A DNA stretch of 64,000 bases from Ostrea edulis. Taxonomy: Eukaryota. This document shows positions 48,401 through 62,077 of the stretch, in pieces. Each line of letters begins with the position of its first letter. Within the stretch, counting starts at the first letter, position 1. The stretch is taken from positions 7,378,001 through 7,442,000 of the forward strand of contig NC_079166.1 of the NCBI RefSeq assembly GCF_947568905.1, in the 5' to 3' direction. Made by a program: the position numbers and the translations under genes. Below the pieces are notes generated by a model. That model was not told the DNA's origin. It ran no database searches and was given only the letters and a program-made list of their open reading frames with translations.

Positions 48401-49712
48401 AAAGGATCATCAAATGCATTTTCAGTACATTTACACGCGACGGAGAAGTGAAGATAGTGGGGAATTGACTTTGAAGAAGATACACGATAAGTACAAGTTA
48501 CAATCAATGTAATGAAAGAATTATTTTGTTAAGGAGGGCATTACTCGCTACAACATTCATATATTGTATGTACAGATTTAAATGGTTTTGCTCTGTTCAT
48601 AGTTTCCGGTGAAGTTGTCATACTTCCTCACTAACACTTGTTTCATTTAGCTCTAGAATTAACTGTGTGAATTGTATATATCTAACATAATTCATAAACT
48701 ATACCTTAAGCCTCCGCAATATTGCAAAACCTCGTATCCTTCAATTCACCAATCAATTAAAAAGGTAGACATATTAATCGTTGCAAGAGACCATCACATA
48801 GTGTAACAGTTGTCTAATATTATCAGCCATTTCATGTAAATAATCAATATATCACACATCTACAGTTGAAGACACGCTAGATACAGAGGTTGATGGGAAC
48901 TTTTATTTTACTTTTATATTCGAATACCTAAATACATGTACCAGTACGTAGTTAAAGAAATAGGTATATTGTTTACATGTTACATATATATGTCGCAAAG
49001 GCGCCCAATATTTGTATTGTAAAATAACAAATCCATGTCAAGCTGAAAATCAGCAACTATTTGTAAATGTCAAGAAAATTAGGAGAATAAATCTAGAATA
49101 CAAATATACAAGTTATTAGCTTTAAAATGAATGCAATCATATGTTGTTGAGCTGCATGCACATGTATAATGTAATTTAGCGTGATTTCCAATAGTATCAC
49201 TGCACAGTGTCAATTGAAGCTGTAAAATTTATTTCATTTGACAAAAATATGCGATAACCATAACCCACGATGCAGAGATGATATAATTTGCAGTCCAGCT
49301 ATCTGAGGGTGACATCATAATTAAAATTTAAATTCATTGTCATCTCAGTCTTTCTTTCGGTGTTATTGTGTTGATATATTTTCCTTCTGTAGTAACATCC
49401 ATGGACATCGATTACAGGTATTTGTACCTTCAAACAATGCCATGACAGAAAAGAACATACAGATTCGTTTTGCGAAGTCAAAAAGAGTAAAGTAAATGAC
49501 ATATTAAAAGATCGGATATTATTACATTTAGGATATCAGTACCTTAAATTCAAATTAGCCTCCTCACTGATCTCTGCCGCTGTACAAGGTTTTGACAGGC
49601 AATCCATAGCGTCAACGATTCCGACCTTGTACCCGAGAGCCAGCACCATAGCGTGAAGCCCACTGTTCACAGTGTCCTCTATCACAAGTTCGTAGTTCGC
49701 TTCTTCTGTCAT
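45466..49712 (-). CDS. Class I SAM-dependent methyltransferase 2 (Rv2258c-like), 4 exons, 345 aa
   Basis: Exons 49712-49543, 48084-47900, 46792-46667, 46022-45466. Exons 2-4 have the same lengths as in MTase1 (185/126/557 nt). Motifs LDFGCGYG, GTDID, FDIVILMEVLHDLPNP, FCLPNSLS..GHGASWG. Confidence 0.92.
47424..47547. repeat. Fold-back made of two inverted SINE fragments
   Basis: GGATATGGGTTAGAATAGGTCCTCAGTACCCCTTGC..GTAAGA versus CTTACAATAAGCAAGGGGTACTGACGACCTATTCTAACCCGCATATCC, ~29-nt loop. Confidence 0.85.
47590..47790 (-). mobile_element. Naiad-type 3'-end copy in MTase2 intron 2
   Basis: Reverse complement of the CACGGCGGGTGTG...GAGTTATGAGATTGATCACTG tail. Confidence 0.8.
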
Positions 49713-50053
49713 TATCAGGGATTTGATGAAACTGACGTATTATCCCTTCTTCTCGTGTGGCAATTGCCCAAGGATTTTACTCGCGGACTGTAGGTTTTAT
49801 ATCAAATAAACTTGCATCTGTTTTAATTACACATCTCGGAAATGTACGGATATCCCATAAATGACTTATAAAACAAGGAAGTAGAAATACACATACACAG
49901 TATTCTGACCCGCCGTCTCCCAGTGAGATGCATTAATTTGTCAACAGATTATTTATGCTACCGTTTCTACTGGAGATGTCCTGTTATAATGTTTATAAAT
50001 TATTCTGCGATGTATATTTAATGGCTGTTATAAAATTTAGAAATTCATTTCAA

Positions 50054-50261
50054 AATTAAGGATTATCTCCCTCATGCATAGCTCTTATCCTTGGACGAAT
50101 TTGGCTCCACTTGTTTGGCACGCTGTTTTTGGCTATATTTAGATCTAAAACTTCATAGTTATTTCGGATTTCAAACATTTCGGTTGAGCATCACTGAAGA
50201 GACATTATTTGTCGAAATGCGCATCTGGTGCATCAAAATTGGTACCGTATAAGTTTTACAT
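50054..50261 (+). mobile_element. Penelope-like pseudo-LTR repeat containing a hammerhead ribozyme (50188-50231)
   Basis: AATTAAGGATTATCTCCC...GAGCATCACTGAAGAGAC...GTCGAAATGCGCATCTGGTGC...AAGTTTTACAT; matches 60089-60304. Confidence 0.8.
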
Positions 50262-53200
50262 AGGTATACGTTGGACTTATTGCGTTTCTTAAAGAAAATA
50301 CAACCGTTCTATGATCTTTTTAAGTTTGTTTCCCTGTTTGTTTATCTCTTTGTTTTACGTCACTTCGAGAATTTTTCTCTCATACGTCACAAGCGTCACA
50401 TACGTCATACGTCACAAGCTGTAGGTGAAGTACCGCGAATTTAGACCTTAGGATGCGGCTTTCAAGATCAAGTCGTCTATTGTTGTTTCCTGTCAACGTT
50501 TATTAGTTCGCATTTCCTCCACAGAGTTGACACATTTCTAAATGCGCTCCATTAAAGTTTTCAGAGTTTGTTTTTGACGATGGAGTATTTCCAGGAGATT
50601 TTCTGAATCCTTTGATAGGCGTCGAAATTTTCCGCAAAAAGCACAGCAATACATATTTGATAATTATATGTTTAGAAAACGTTTGATATTGATGTGTGTT
50701 CACAGAGAAATTTCACTATTGTACCCTGCCAAATTTTGGTGATATAGATTAGAACTTGTAATACAGAGACAATAACATTATGACCTATTACCGTTCAATA
50801 ATACAAAATGTATGCCGTAGTTCTTTTAATCCGAATGAAAATACCACTTTTATTTCATAAAGATTTCGAACTTCTTGAATACATGCTCGAAAACCATTCT
50901 CATTAATTGGTATTGTTAAACATATTGGCGTGTCATACGGGTATTTACTCAATTGATCTGTTCCTACCCATATCAAGACATGTCTATGGGGCCATATCTA
51001 TTATGTCAACACCTACCGTGACTCCACTTAAGGACATCTGACTTTCACTTTTAATGTTTGATGCGATACTGGGATGGTACAATCAACACTTGACCTCATG
51101 GATACGAAGCAAGCGTCCTAACAATTAAGCTTCGACGACCGGTATATCTACATTTTCATTTTCTCTCTATAATTGTACCACTATGTTGATTTTCATGAAA
51201 AGGTATCAAATATATGTGTATCGAATTTGTTTTTTATTTTAATCTCTTTACTAATTTTACGTTTTTAAGTCAAATTAAAATTTTGTTTTAGATTATCCAT
51301 TCTATGCATTGGTTAATTTTTCTTTCAACATTTATATACACCGTACATGTACTGAACAACCAGGCTTGGTATGGGGACACATAACCTTTATATACACCGT
51401 ACATGTACTGTACAACCAGGCTTGGTATGGGGACAAACAACCTTTATATACACCGTACATGTACTGTACAACCAGGCTTGGTATCGGGACAAACAACCTT
51501 TATATACACCGTACGTGTACTATACAACCAGGCTTGGTATGGGGACACATAACCTTGACAACTCTAGAGACGGAACCATGTTTTTTTTCTGGAGAAAATA
51601 TAATATTGAACGTTACGCATTTAAAGGACACTACATTCAATGAAAATAAAACTTCATGTAATAAAAAAGACAACACTAGTGTCTTCATCAAAATTAGACA
51701 TTGTGTTCCGTAGATGAATAGGTGCGTTATTAGGAGTTAGTTTTCGTTGAGTTGAGTTCAGTTATAAGGATTATTTTCACCTTTTAACAAGTTATCCGAT
51801 ACCACTACTTCTGCAACAGTTTATTAAAAAATAGCAAACGGCGTACCAAGCGTAACCAGTCCCAAACCGAGTTACGTCGGATAACCCGATAAAAGTGAAA
51901 CCAATCCTTAAATCTATATATACTACGATATGATAATCAGATGCATAAGCTCCATTTTTTTGTCCTTTAATACTGGTAAATCAAGAGATATTTGTCGTTT
52001 GCTTTTGATATAATAACCAGTGTGCCTTACTGTAATTTTCATATTTGAACTTGTTTTCTATCTATTACAAATAATTCATTAATTGGCAAAAATGACAAAA
52101 CAATTCGTAATTTTAAAACGAGATAACTTGAATTTTATTATGAGAGGAGTGAATCACGATCGGAAGAAACCACACAAATCAAACCCATGTTCGTTATCTT
52201 TGCCTTTCATATTCACTTTATAATGGATTCGGAGTAGGACATACAAATTAATCTCAGCCCCCGTTTTCCTTATATCAGTTTTTAAATCGAGGTAAGCTAC
52301 TGACAAACAAGTTGATGGTACAGGGATTTCAACAGTCTCGATTGAAGTCAGCATTTCGCAAATTCTATGGTCGTTATAACGATCTAGTTCGTCAATACAA
52401 CCTCGCATTGGGTCAAATGCTGTCTGACGTGTTTCATGCCGATTGTTAAGCCGTTCTTGGCACACTGATTTGACTGCGAATAACTCCGTTTACCTGATCA
52501 GGATATGGGGCTCACGGCGGGTGTGACCGGTCAACAGGGGATGCTTACTCCTCCTAGGCACCTGATCCCACCTCTGGTGTGTCCAGGGGTCCGTGTTTGC
52601 CCAACTATCTATTTTGTATTGCTTGTAGGAGTTATGAGATTGATCACTGTTCGTTATCTTCACCTTGCATCTTGGTCACTGCCAGTTTGCAGTATGGGAG
52701 TCCTTTATATCTCGGTCACTACCAGTTTGCAGTATGGGAGTCCTTTTCCCTATCTGTACTCAAAACCGTAACACATTTTTTGGCTTTTTGATACATGCCT
52801 TTTTCACTCTTTATCCACCCCCTCTCTAAATTTTAAGGGAATGCGGGTACAAACCCTGTTGTCCCTGAGGTCCAATACTCCTATCTCTAATGAAATTGCA
52901 GATACGTGGAGTTCAATTAGAGAAAGGTATTGATACTTTGTTAGTTGTGCAAAACAAATTCAAAGTTTAATCCAATACGCAACTTCAGAGATATCAGCTC
53001 TTTTGTGATAGAGGTACGTTCAGTGTTCAGTTGAACGCTTGGGTGGGTACACGGTGTATACATATACTATAGACTAGCTATGTTAATACGAATAAAAGTA
53101 ATGAAAGTGTAAATTCTGTTTATATCAGCTGTTGGTATACATTAAATTGACCATATCAAGAATAATATTTGATTGAATTAGGCCATTAAATTAAATATAA

Positions 53201-56061
53201 AATTATTTTTTATTTCCTCTTCTGCGCGAGTGATATTTTAATAAAAGAAAATGGTGATTATCGATTTTTGTTTGAGCTATTTTATTATCAAATGCTAATA
53301 AACTTACTAATATTGTGTGTCCCTGCAGTTTGGGTGGTTGCATGATGTCTGATAATCAGCGTTTAGGCAATATATCATTGCAGCAATAAGCATTTGTACC
53401 CATCGCGTGTGGACGACAGTATGTTTTGCGTCTCACTGTGCGTAAGAGTTCCACAATGGGAAAGAACTATTGGGCAACTCGGAAATTGCGTATTACATGG
53501 ATTTATAAATCTATCAAACCTATCTTTAATTTTCCACTATTTGAACTCATCTGTAATTGAATTGGACATATATAATTTACTTGATGCAATTTGATGTTTA
53601 ATGAATTTGAGATTACATAATTAAAATTACATGTATCTTTAAATGAACTGAATTCATTTTTAATTACTTTTAATTATCTCCAATTATCTAAATATGAGTT
53701 TAAGTCATAAAAACAATGATCAAATATTACAAAATATAGAATATTTCAAAATTCGAAATTCTCAAATGTTTGACACACTAAATCAAATTACGAAAATGTT
53801 GAATTCCATTTAAAATGGGTCTATTTCAATGAAGATTTGGTATATTTCTAATCTAACTAGATCAATTCATATCTACTCGTATTTACCTATCTTTAATTCG
53901 TTTAGTGACATGTTCAATAATTAGAAGAGAGGCTTAATATCAAAGAATACCTTAATGAAATTTCACTACTGTTTCACTTACAATGTATAGGAGGCCCTCT
54001 TATACGGAGTCATCACATTTATGCAGTATTCATTCCAAAACTGTTACTTTCGTATAAAACAACAATTACAACAAACAACAAACACCCATAATAATTTTCA
54101 ATCAAGCCTTCAAAACTTCCAAATCCATTACATTGTTTCTACCTGTGTATGCACGGGTTTATGTGTTGTATTATGTGAAATTGTGCAGTCCATCCGATGT
54201 GGGAAAGTCGGTAACCGAAACCGTACTCTATGAAAAACATTGTCTTCTAACCAGGTATCTACCGTAAGTGCCACATAACCAATGAAATCGGCCGTTAAGT
54301 GCCACATAACCAATGAAATCGCCCGTTAGGTGCCACATAACCAATGAAATCGCCCGTTAAGTGCCACATAACCAATGAAATCGCTCACAAAGTGCCACAT
54401 AACCAATGAAATCGCCCGCCTAGTGTACAGTGATACATGTAGGAGGAGAAGCAGTTAATGATGACTACGATATCCAAATACAGCACTGTGACGAAAACAT
54501 GACATTTTCATTTATTAGATATATGTTTGCTAGTTTTGCAAAATACTGACTTTAAACGAGCCTGTTGAAACCCCTGAACCATTAACTTGTTTATCAGTAG
54601 CCTGTATCGATTTAAAAACTCTATGGTTTGCCCAACTAACTATTTTGTATTGCTTATTATTTGTCGAAATGCGCATCTGGTGCATCAAAATTGGTACCGT
54701 ATAAGTTTTACATTATAGGAGTTATGAGATTGATCATTCTTCGTTATCTTCGCCTTTCATATGTTGAGTAATATGTCATCTAGCCCCAAGACCATACACT
54801 GAGAATAGACTTAAGTCAACATTTTGATTACTTATATCTTAAGATTTATCTAGGAGTTATGAGATTGATCACTTGCATTTAACCATCGAGTTTGTATCTC
54901 TGCTGGTGGACAGTCTGTCCCCGAGGATACTTGTCGCTCGATATATGTTCCTTCATGAATATATAGGAGTTATGAGATTGATCACTGTTCGTTATCTTCA
55001 CCTTGCATCTAGCACAGATGTTTAAAAAACAGGTTTATAAAAAAAGAAATCAAATGCAAACATACACTAAAAAATTTAGATGTTAATGAAAATTCTTTCA
55101 AACGTTAGCTGGATTTGAGATTTAGACTTAAGATTATTATCAGTTTATGGTATTGAGGCCTGAACTTTGATGAGCAGATCGATGAATGCTCTATTCATAA
55201 AAGAAGGAAAGAAATCCGATACCTTGATTAACCGTTATCTTTAGTCATTGAAATAAACCATGTATGTGTAGTTTCCTATTTACAGAAGATATCCATATAA
55301 AACACATACAAACACATAATATCACACGTGCAATTACATCGTTATAACGACTATAGAATTACGAAATGCTGGCTTTAAACGAGCCTGTTGAAACTCCTGT
55401 ACCATCAACTTGTTTCTCAATAGCCTGCTTCGATTTCACAACTGATCATACGGAGACGAAACTCATGCGTATTGAATCAGTTGAGAAACACCATATATAT
55501 TTGAAGTTGACGATGGAGAAGCTGAAATACTCCCGTTTGTTATGAAGTTGAGTTGTTAGTTTCCCGTTAATATATATTTCTAATAAAATATCTTAGTATA
55601 AAGCAGAAGGGAACGACTCTGTGGTGTCTTTTATTTCGAGTTCACATGGATATATCTAATCGAAATATGAATGACAATTATTATTCTTAATTAATAGAGG
55701 TTTTGGTATAATATTTGCTTCATTATTCTTTTCTTCTAAGAGGAAACAAAATCCACCTATGGCCATTAGAATCCCTGATATATTTGGAGATTATATGGAA
55801 TGTTGCTAAAAACGTAACGATATTTTTATTTTGATTCAAACGAATTCTCCTCAGATCCATATTGGACTCACCTGAGACTATTTTTGTTCTACGACGGGTG
55901 AATCTTTGACATTTGGGACTTTATAGATTTATCTGTAGAATATTGTGTCACTTTGCTCACAAGTGAGATTTATTTCCGTAGGACTGACCATTACATTGAA
56001 AAAAGATTTGAAGATGATGATGGTAATAGAGAACATGTCATTTAATTCTTTAGTAAAATCA

Positions 56062-59000
56062 TCAACCGACTAATCCTCCTCCACCCATAGCTAGTTCAAT
56101 CCTGTCAAATAAATACATAAACAAATTATATCATTTTAAAAATTACTTTCAGGGTATATATGCATATTCATATGATCCAATATTCACTCCATTTTTTATA
56201 TGAAAAATATCTAGTGTATAATTAATTTCATAAAAGACCTTACTCTTTTTCACAGATAAAGCCATATTTCCGATCACAATAATCATCGTTCCAGTGGTGG
56301 TTTAAATTCCCCGCTAACGTCAGGCAAGCTGCACCTGCACCATTGGCTGGTTCTCCAGGGGACCACCCTAAGAATGTCATTGGGCGCTGATTGCCAACCC
56401 ATATCCAATTGCCATCTGAGAATGCATCCGTGGCGCCTAACCAGTATGTATCTGTTAATTAAACGTTTGTACTACAATTAAACGATCCCGTTGACTCGTG
56501 TTATAAATACGTTTATTACTGGTTGTAATTGTCTAGTGGAAAAAGGCGCTTTCTTTACAACAGGAGGGGCCTATGTTCCATCACTAACGGTGGAATAAAA
56601 ATTAAGACAATCAAAATGGGTAGCACCTATTCCATCGCCAAGTAAATGACACGAGTCATCAGATGTCATTAAAGTTATATCTTTAAAAGAATCAAGGTCC
56701 TATGATACAGTAAGTATTTTGACGATGATGAACCCTCACTGCTCCAGCCTTGAGCACCATTATGATTTATCAGTTAATATTGTGTCATTTCGACTGAATT
56801 TGGTGACTTATAATTATGAGTAGGATCAACATGAAATATTCTTGAGTGGGACATACAACAAACACATTCATATTTCCTACCGTGATTTGTTCCTATGTGG
56901 TTTCGTAAGAAGTCATTTTCATCCTTTGTATCAACCTCCACCAGGAAAGAACTGAACCTCTCGCAGAATGCCTGTGTTGAACATGCAACTCTTTTAAATG
57001 CAATACCTAATTAAGGAATATATAATGGAAATAGTGTAAAAACGTGTGTTTGTGGTACGGCATGCGCCCCGATCATGACCAAGTCAATTCTGGCAATACT
57101 TTGACAACTGCTATATGAATGTGGGAAATAGACGGCGGAAAAGTTGAAGTTTTGAGAAAGAGAGGTCAAATTGCCAATAATGTACAATTTCAACCACAAT
57201 TCCGATATGAGCTAATTGCTTACCCCTGCTTCGATCCAGTCGGTTTTGATATCTTTAACAAATCCATAACACGAGCGCCCATGTAAGTACCATGAGTCAG
57301 GACATGGATTAAATGATGCCCCATGAACTGTTGCAGTGGCTGAAAGGACTAAAAAAGAATTCATGTCCTGAAGAGTGCAGACGTCTAAATTCCGGAATAA
57401 TAACCTGACACAGAACTGCGAGTATTACACCTACAGTGTGTGTGTTATTTGGAAAACAAAATAAAAAGTTATTTCTAAATGTAATTGTGAAGATATAGAA
57501 AAGCTCGAAATGAAATATTGATTTACTATGCCACATGGGAAGCTTTGACCAATAGTTAACCGTAAATATAATTTGATATACTAATGCTCAAGAAATAAAC
57601 TTCATTTTTCAAATATATCAGGGCATGAACTATGATGCTTCATGCCGGCGTACTCCATGAAAATTATGTTGGCGTGAAGCATTGCAGTTCATTCGCTTTT
57701 GCATGTTCAAAAGTAAAATTTGTTTCTTACATTTACATTTTACTAAATTGTTTTAGCTATATTTATAAGCGTTTTGTTTATAGGTACAGTGTATTAATAA
57801 AAAATGATTATCATTACAGTTTGTATTGAAAATGTGAGCATAAACAAGTGAAGATAAGGCAAATTGATCAATTTCATAAATCCTTAATTACATAGGGTCT
57901 ATCTTTTATATTAAAAATGAAATCACAATATTTTGCAAGATGAACTCCAAAAAGCAAATGTATATTATTTATTATGAGTTATATATAGTTGCAGCGCTTT
58001 GAAATTGAAGTCCTTTTGACGTTTTAGTCCTTTATAAAATGTTTCTCTGGAGGACAATATATTAAACTGGTACCCCGCTGATTAGTGGCTACACACAAGC
58101 ATAGGACGCAGCTGTGTTAAGTAGGTCCATAGAAATATATCAGGAAAAAAAGCATTAATAAACAGATCAATTTGTGACAAATTCTGTAAACACAACCCTT
58201 TTATACAAAAACAATATGTATATATCATTAAGTGCATATTGACCTCTTATACATGTTTCACCAGACCGACAGTCTCAACATCAACTCTCTATCACGTGAT
58301 CAAATGTCAAGATAAAAACGTATCGTGTATGTATGAATCGTAGAATTGGCACGATATTCAGATATCAATGCAAGTTTAAGTTAATATAACTTCAAAGCAT
58401 ATTAATTTCTTAATTTGAAAAGTGCTGAGAGGAAACTTATTGTGCCTTGTAACATGTCTAATTTTTGCATTGAATATGCAAGATGCAGCGATTTTTGCAC
58501 ATACGAAGTTGAATCTAGCCTGAAAAACATATTTTCTGTTGAAGCCAGAACTTGCTCCCCTAACTTTCCTTTGGCACTGAAGTTCACATGTCACATAAAT
58601 GAAACATCTTTCACTTAAAAACCTCGGGGTGTCGTGCCAATGATGAAATTTTTATGTACGGAAACCCTGTTTATGCAAATGAGTCCATTGTTAAAGTAAC
58701 TATACGTGTAGATTAGGGGTGATATCAATATCACAATATAATATGGGTATTGCTTTAGCATGTATGCTATATAAAGATGAAATTGAAACTTTTTCAATAT
58801 CAAAGAGAATTAATATAACCCATTTGACAGAAACTTTTACGCGATTGCAGTTTACCGTTTGACAGCGGTGGTAAATAACGAAACAATATTTTGACATTTC
58901 CTACCACAAAAGGACTGTAGATATGTACGTCATGACCTTCGTCATGACGTAATTTTCATTGTGACGTCGTGCAATGTGCCAGTGCGGTAAAGTATATTTA

Positions 59001-59509
59001 TGTACAGCACTGGTATTAAAAATTTTATGGAAAAAGCCTTAACTCAACCGCGGAGATACGAAGTCAATAGGTACCAGTTTAGGAAAATGTGAACAGGGAA
59101 TTTTTTTGTAATTAGTATTGTATCATATGTTTTTGTAAATATTCTGAAAAACTTTTTGTGATTTTCTTGTTATGATCTTTAATTTCACCACCTTTTTGGA
59201 ACATGCAAAATTTTACCAATGTCTTAGACCCTACGCCTTTAAAAGATACAAAATTAACACGGACACAACTGAGTATGCATTAGGTGCCCAGGAGAAGCAA
59301 GCTTACATGTATCATATCATATTAACAAGGATACCACAATATGATTTGTATGAGGTACGCGTGCTCTTTTGTCGTCGGTAGAACAGTAAGGACACACACG
59401 GACCAATGTCGACCTCCAATAATTGTCTGCTGAACTTTATATCATATTTGCTTTCCTTAGAGCACCGTTGTAAAACATTCTTACCGAATAACGAAGTTAC
59501 AATATCCAT
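56062..59509 (-). CDS. Secreted C-type lectin A' (near-identical duplicate of lectin A)
   Basis: Exons 59509-59485, 57348-57224, 56971-56881, 56451-56244, 56101-56062. The only coding difference seen is TTG(Leu) to ATG(Met) at 56380 versus 6494. Confidence 0.9.
58104..59052. mobile_element. ~950-bp insertion in lectin A' intron 1, absent from lectin A
   Basis: Alignment break against ~8254; imperfect inverted ends CGCAGCTGTGTTAAG / CTTAACTCAACCGCG. Confidence 0.6.
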
Positions 59510-60088
59510 GGTGTTGAAAACTTGTGGTGCAATTCGCCTACTACTCAGCGATAGTACAACAGCCTTATCGTTCTAATTTTGACCTGAATTCACTGTTGTA
59601 CGTGTAGCCAAAACATTCCATAGTGACCTGTAGATTAGCAATATCTCTAATCAAAAATTTAAAACACTTACAACGAATAAATGTAGTAAACGTGAATTTA
59701 CTATTGTTTAATCTAATTCCAATACAGCTTTGATTTCCTATGAAATATTTAAGATCAATTTTGATATCATCGTTATCCATATTGAATACTTTGATAGTAT
59801 AGGTACGTACTCAATTCCGATAGTTCATCACTTGGATTCAATATGGATAATATGTTGGTTATTGACTTTTTCAGTATTTCAGTAAACAATTTTTGAATAG
59901 ATTAAATACGTTTAATGATAGTTTTAATAACTTAATATCCTAAATTAATGGTTTCGTAAACACTCCATACAATACACAAATTAAAAACATCATTTTAGTT
60001 GATCCAAAATTTTCATATATATCGATATACCGTAGTAAAAACAAAGTTAATATATGTATCTATAATGGTAAATTATTTGATACTACAT

Positions 60089-60304
60089 TTTAATTTTGAA
60101 TTAAGGATTATCTCCCTCATGCATAACTCTTATCCTTAGACGAATTTGACTCCACTTGGCACGCTGTTTTTTTTGGCTACAATAGCTCTAAAACTTCATT
60201 GTTATTTTGGATTTCAAACATTTCGGTTGAGCATCACTGAAGAGACATTATTTGTCGAAATGCGCATCTGGTGCATCAAAATTGGTACCGCGTAAGTTTT
60301 ACAT
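60089..60304 (+). mobile_element. Penelope-like pseudo-LTR insertion with hammerhead ribozyme (60231-60274), absent from copy 1
   Basis: Empty site at ~9280 reads CATACTACATGTATAAGG; the filled site has TACAT on both sides. Confidence 0.82.
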
Positions 60305-61504
60305 GTATAAGGACGTATGGTAAAAACTCACTACGGTCCATAATAATTGATATCTAGAGTTAGTTTTACTGTGGATATAACTTATTTCAATATTTTTGTT
60401 AGAGGATATCAATTTATCAAGTAACATAATCTTTTAGACTTCATGCAAGGTGAAGATAACGAACAATGATCAATCTCATAACTCCTATAAGCAATACAAA
60501 ATAGATATGCATTCGTTACTGTACAGAGTGCACCGTTTTACAGATTTAAACTCATCTCTCAATCACTTTATATTAAAACAGTTTATGTACAATTAGTTGT
60601 CATTTAACAAGTCTTCAGAATAGTATGTCTTATGAGCCGGTTATGCTGTCTTTTATGAACACATTTCAATATTATGCGTCTTAATTATGGCGTCATAATG
60701 TACCCCAGTTTACTTTATTTTGCAATTAATGTGATATATCTAATTTGTTATATTTTCATGGCATAACTGTTGTCTTGTTCATAGATATTGTAATAAAGAA
60801 TGGTATCGATCTTGCGCAATCAATCATACAAATATTATGTAAGCTTTTTCTGATCAAGTTTGTTTTCCCTGCAAGCTCCAAGATCGCATGGTCAGATTTG
60901 TTCTTAAAGATTGTTTAGATAATTTTAGAAATTATAAAGTTTCCATACATAACCCATGTGCCTAATCTAATAAAATTCATAGCATTGTATTAATCAGTAG
61001 AGCTTTGTTCCATACACGTTTATAGATATACCAATCATCAGGCATTGTCTGTCCATTATCTGCTAAACATTTCGAACAATAAATGCACTTTTATATACAT
61101 TTAGTGTTATAAACTGTATGCCTTTCCCCGTTTTTACTTTAAAAAGGCGTTTAAAAAGACATACATCTACGATTGGCGATTTTAGAAATTGTAGGGGATG
61201 TTTACTCCTCCTAGGCACCTGATCCCACCTTGGTATATCCAGGGTCCGTGTTTGCCCAATTCTCTATTTGTATTGCTTATGGGAATTATGAGATTGATCC
61301 CTGTTCGTTATCTTCACCTTTGATATAAAAGTTCACCAAATTATAAATTTGAGATGTAAACATTGCTTTCCGATAAAACTAAATGATAGTCTGTATTTTA
61401 TTTACATTCTTTACATTGGTAACTTTTCTAATCAATTAAAAGCAGAAAAATTATAAATCAACATGGCATTAAAAGATTGAAATCACTTTGCAAGAAACAA
61501 ATAT

Positions 61505-62062
61505 TTCTCATTACATTGATTTTTAAACACCAATCTAGAATATTGAGGGTCAAAGGAATTATTATCAATATCAAGAATAGTAAAACCATGTTCTGTGATA
61601 AAATTTCGTCGATCTTCAACTCCCCAGCCAGCCCCATATCCAACAGCTGGACTCTTTGACATACTGTTTGGTAAACAGAAGAACACGCTGAATGGTAAAT
61701 GAATCTTTGCAGCTTTGCTTCCAATATTTGTCGAAATGTCAGAGGATATATTGCGATCAAATGTTACAATATATCCATCAGGTTTGAGGACTGTTCTTAA
61801 CTCTGATAAAACTTGCCCTGGATCTGGAAGATCGTGTAGAACTTTCATCAATATGATGACATCAAATCTATATTCAAAATCGAAGATATGTCTTTACTAC
61901 TTGTAAAATGAATGTTTGGACACTTGTATGTTTTCTGGCAGTGACGAATGGATTGTTTGTCGATATCCACACCAGTGATATTGAAATCTTGATATATTTC
62001 TGCAGGTTGCTAACAGAGTCTTCCGTATCTACAACCAAAGTCTAAAATGTCCTTTATTTGTT
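61505..62062 (-). pseudogene. Methyltransferase 3 last exon, disrupted copy of MTase1 exon 4
   Basis: Acceptor retained; motif I changed to GCRYG; TAG stop at 62010-62012; 1-bp deletion before the FDVII region; further frameshift near the end. Confidence 0.9.
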
Positions 62063-62077
62063 CTGCCAAGTAAATTA

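Larger units (their letters stand above)
51225..62072 (+). repeat. Segmental duplication, copy 2 (includes duplicates of the 56-bp array 51331-51555, Naiad 52277-52670 and 31-bp array 54262-54418)
   Basis: Collinear with 1340-10950, plus insertions at 58104-59052, 60089-60304 and ~60447-60507. Confidence 0.97.
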
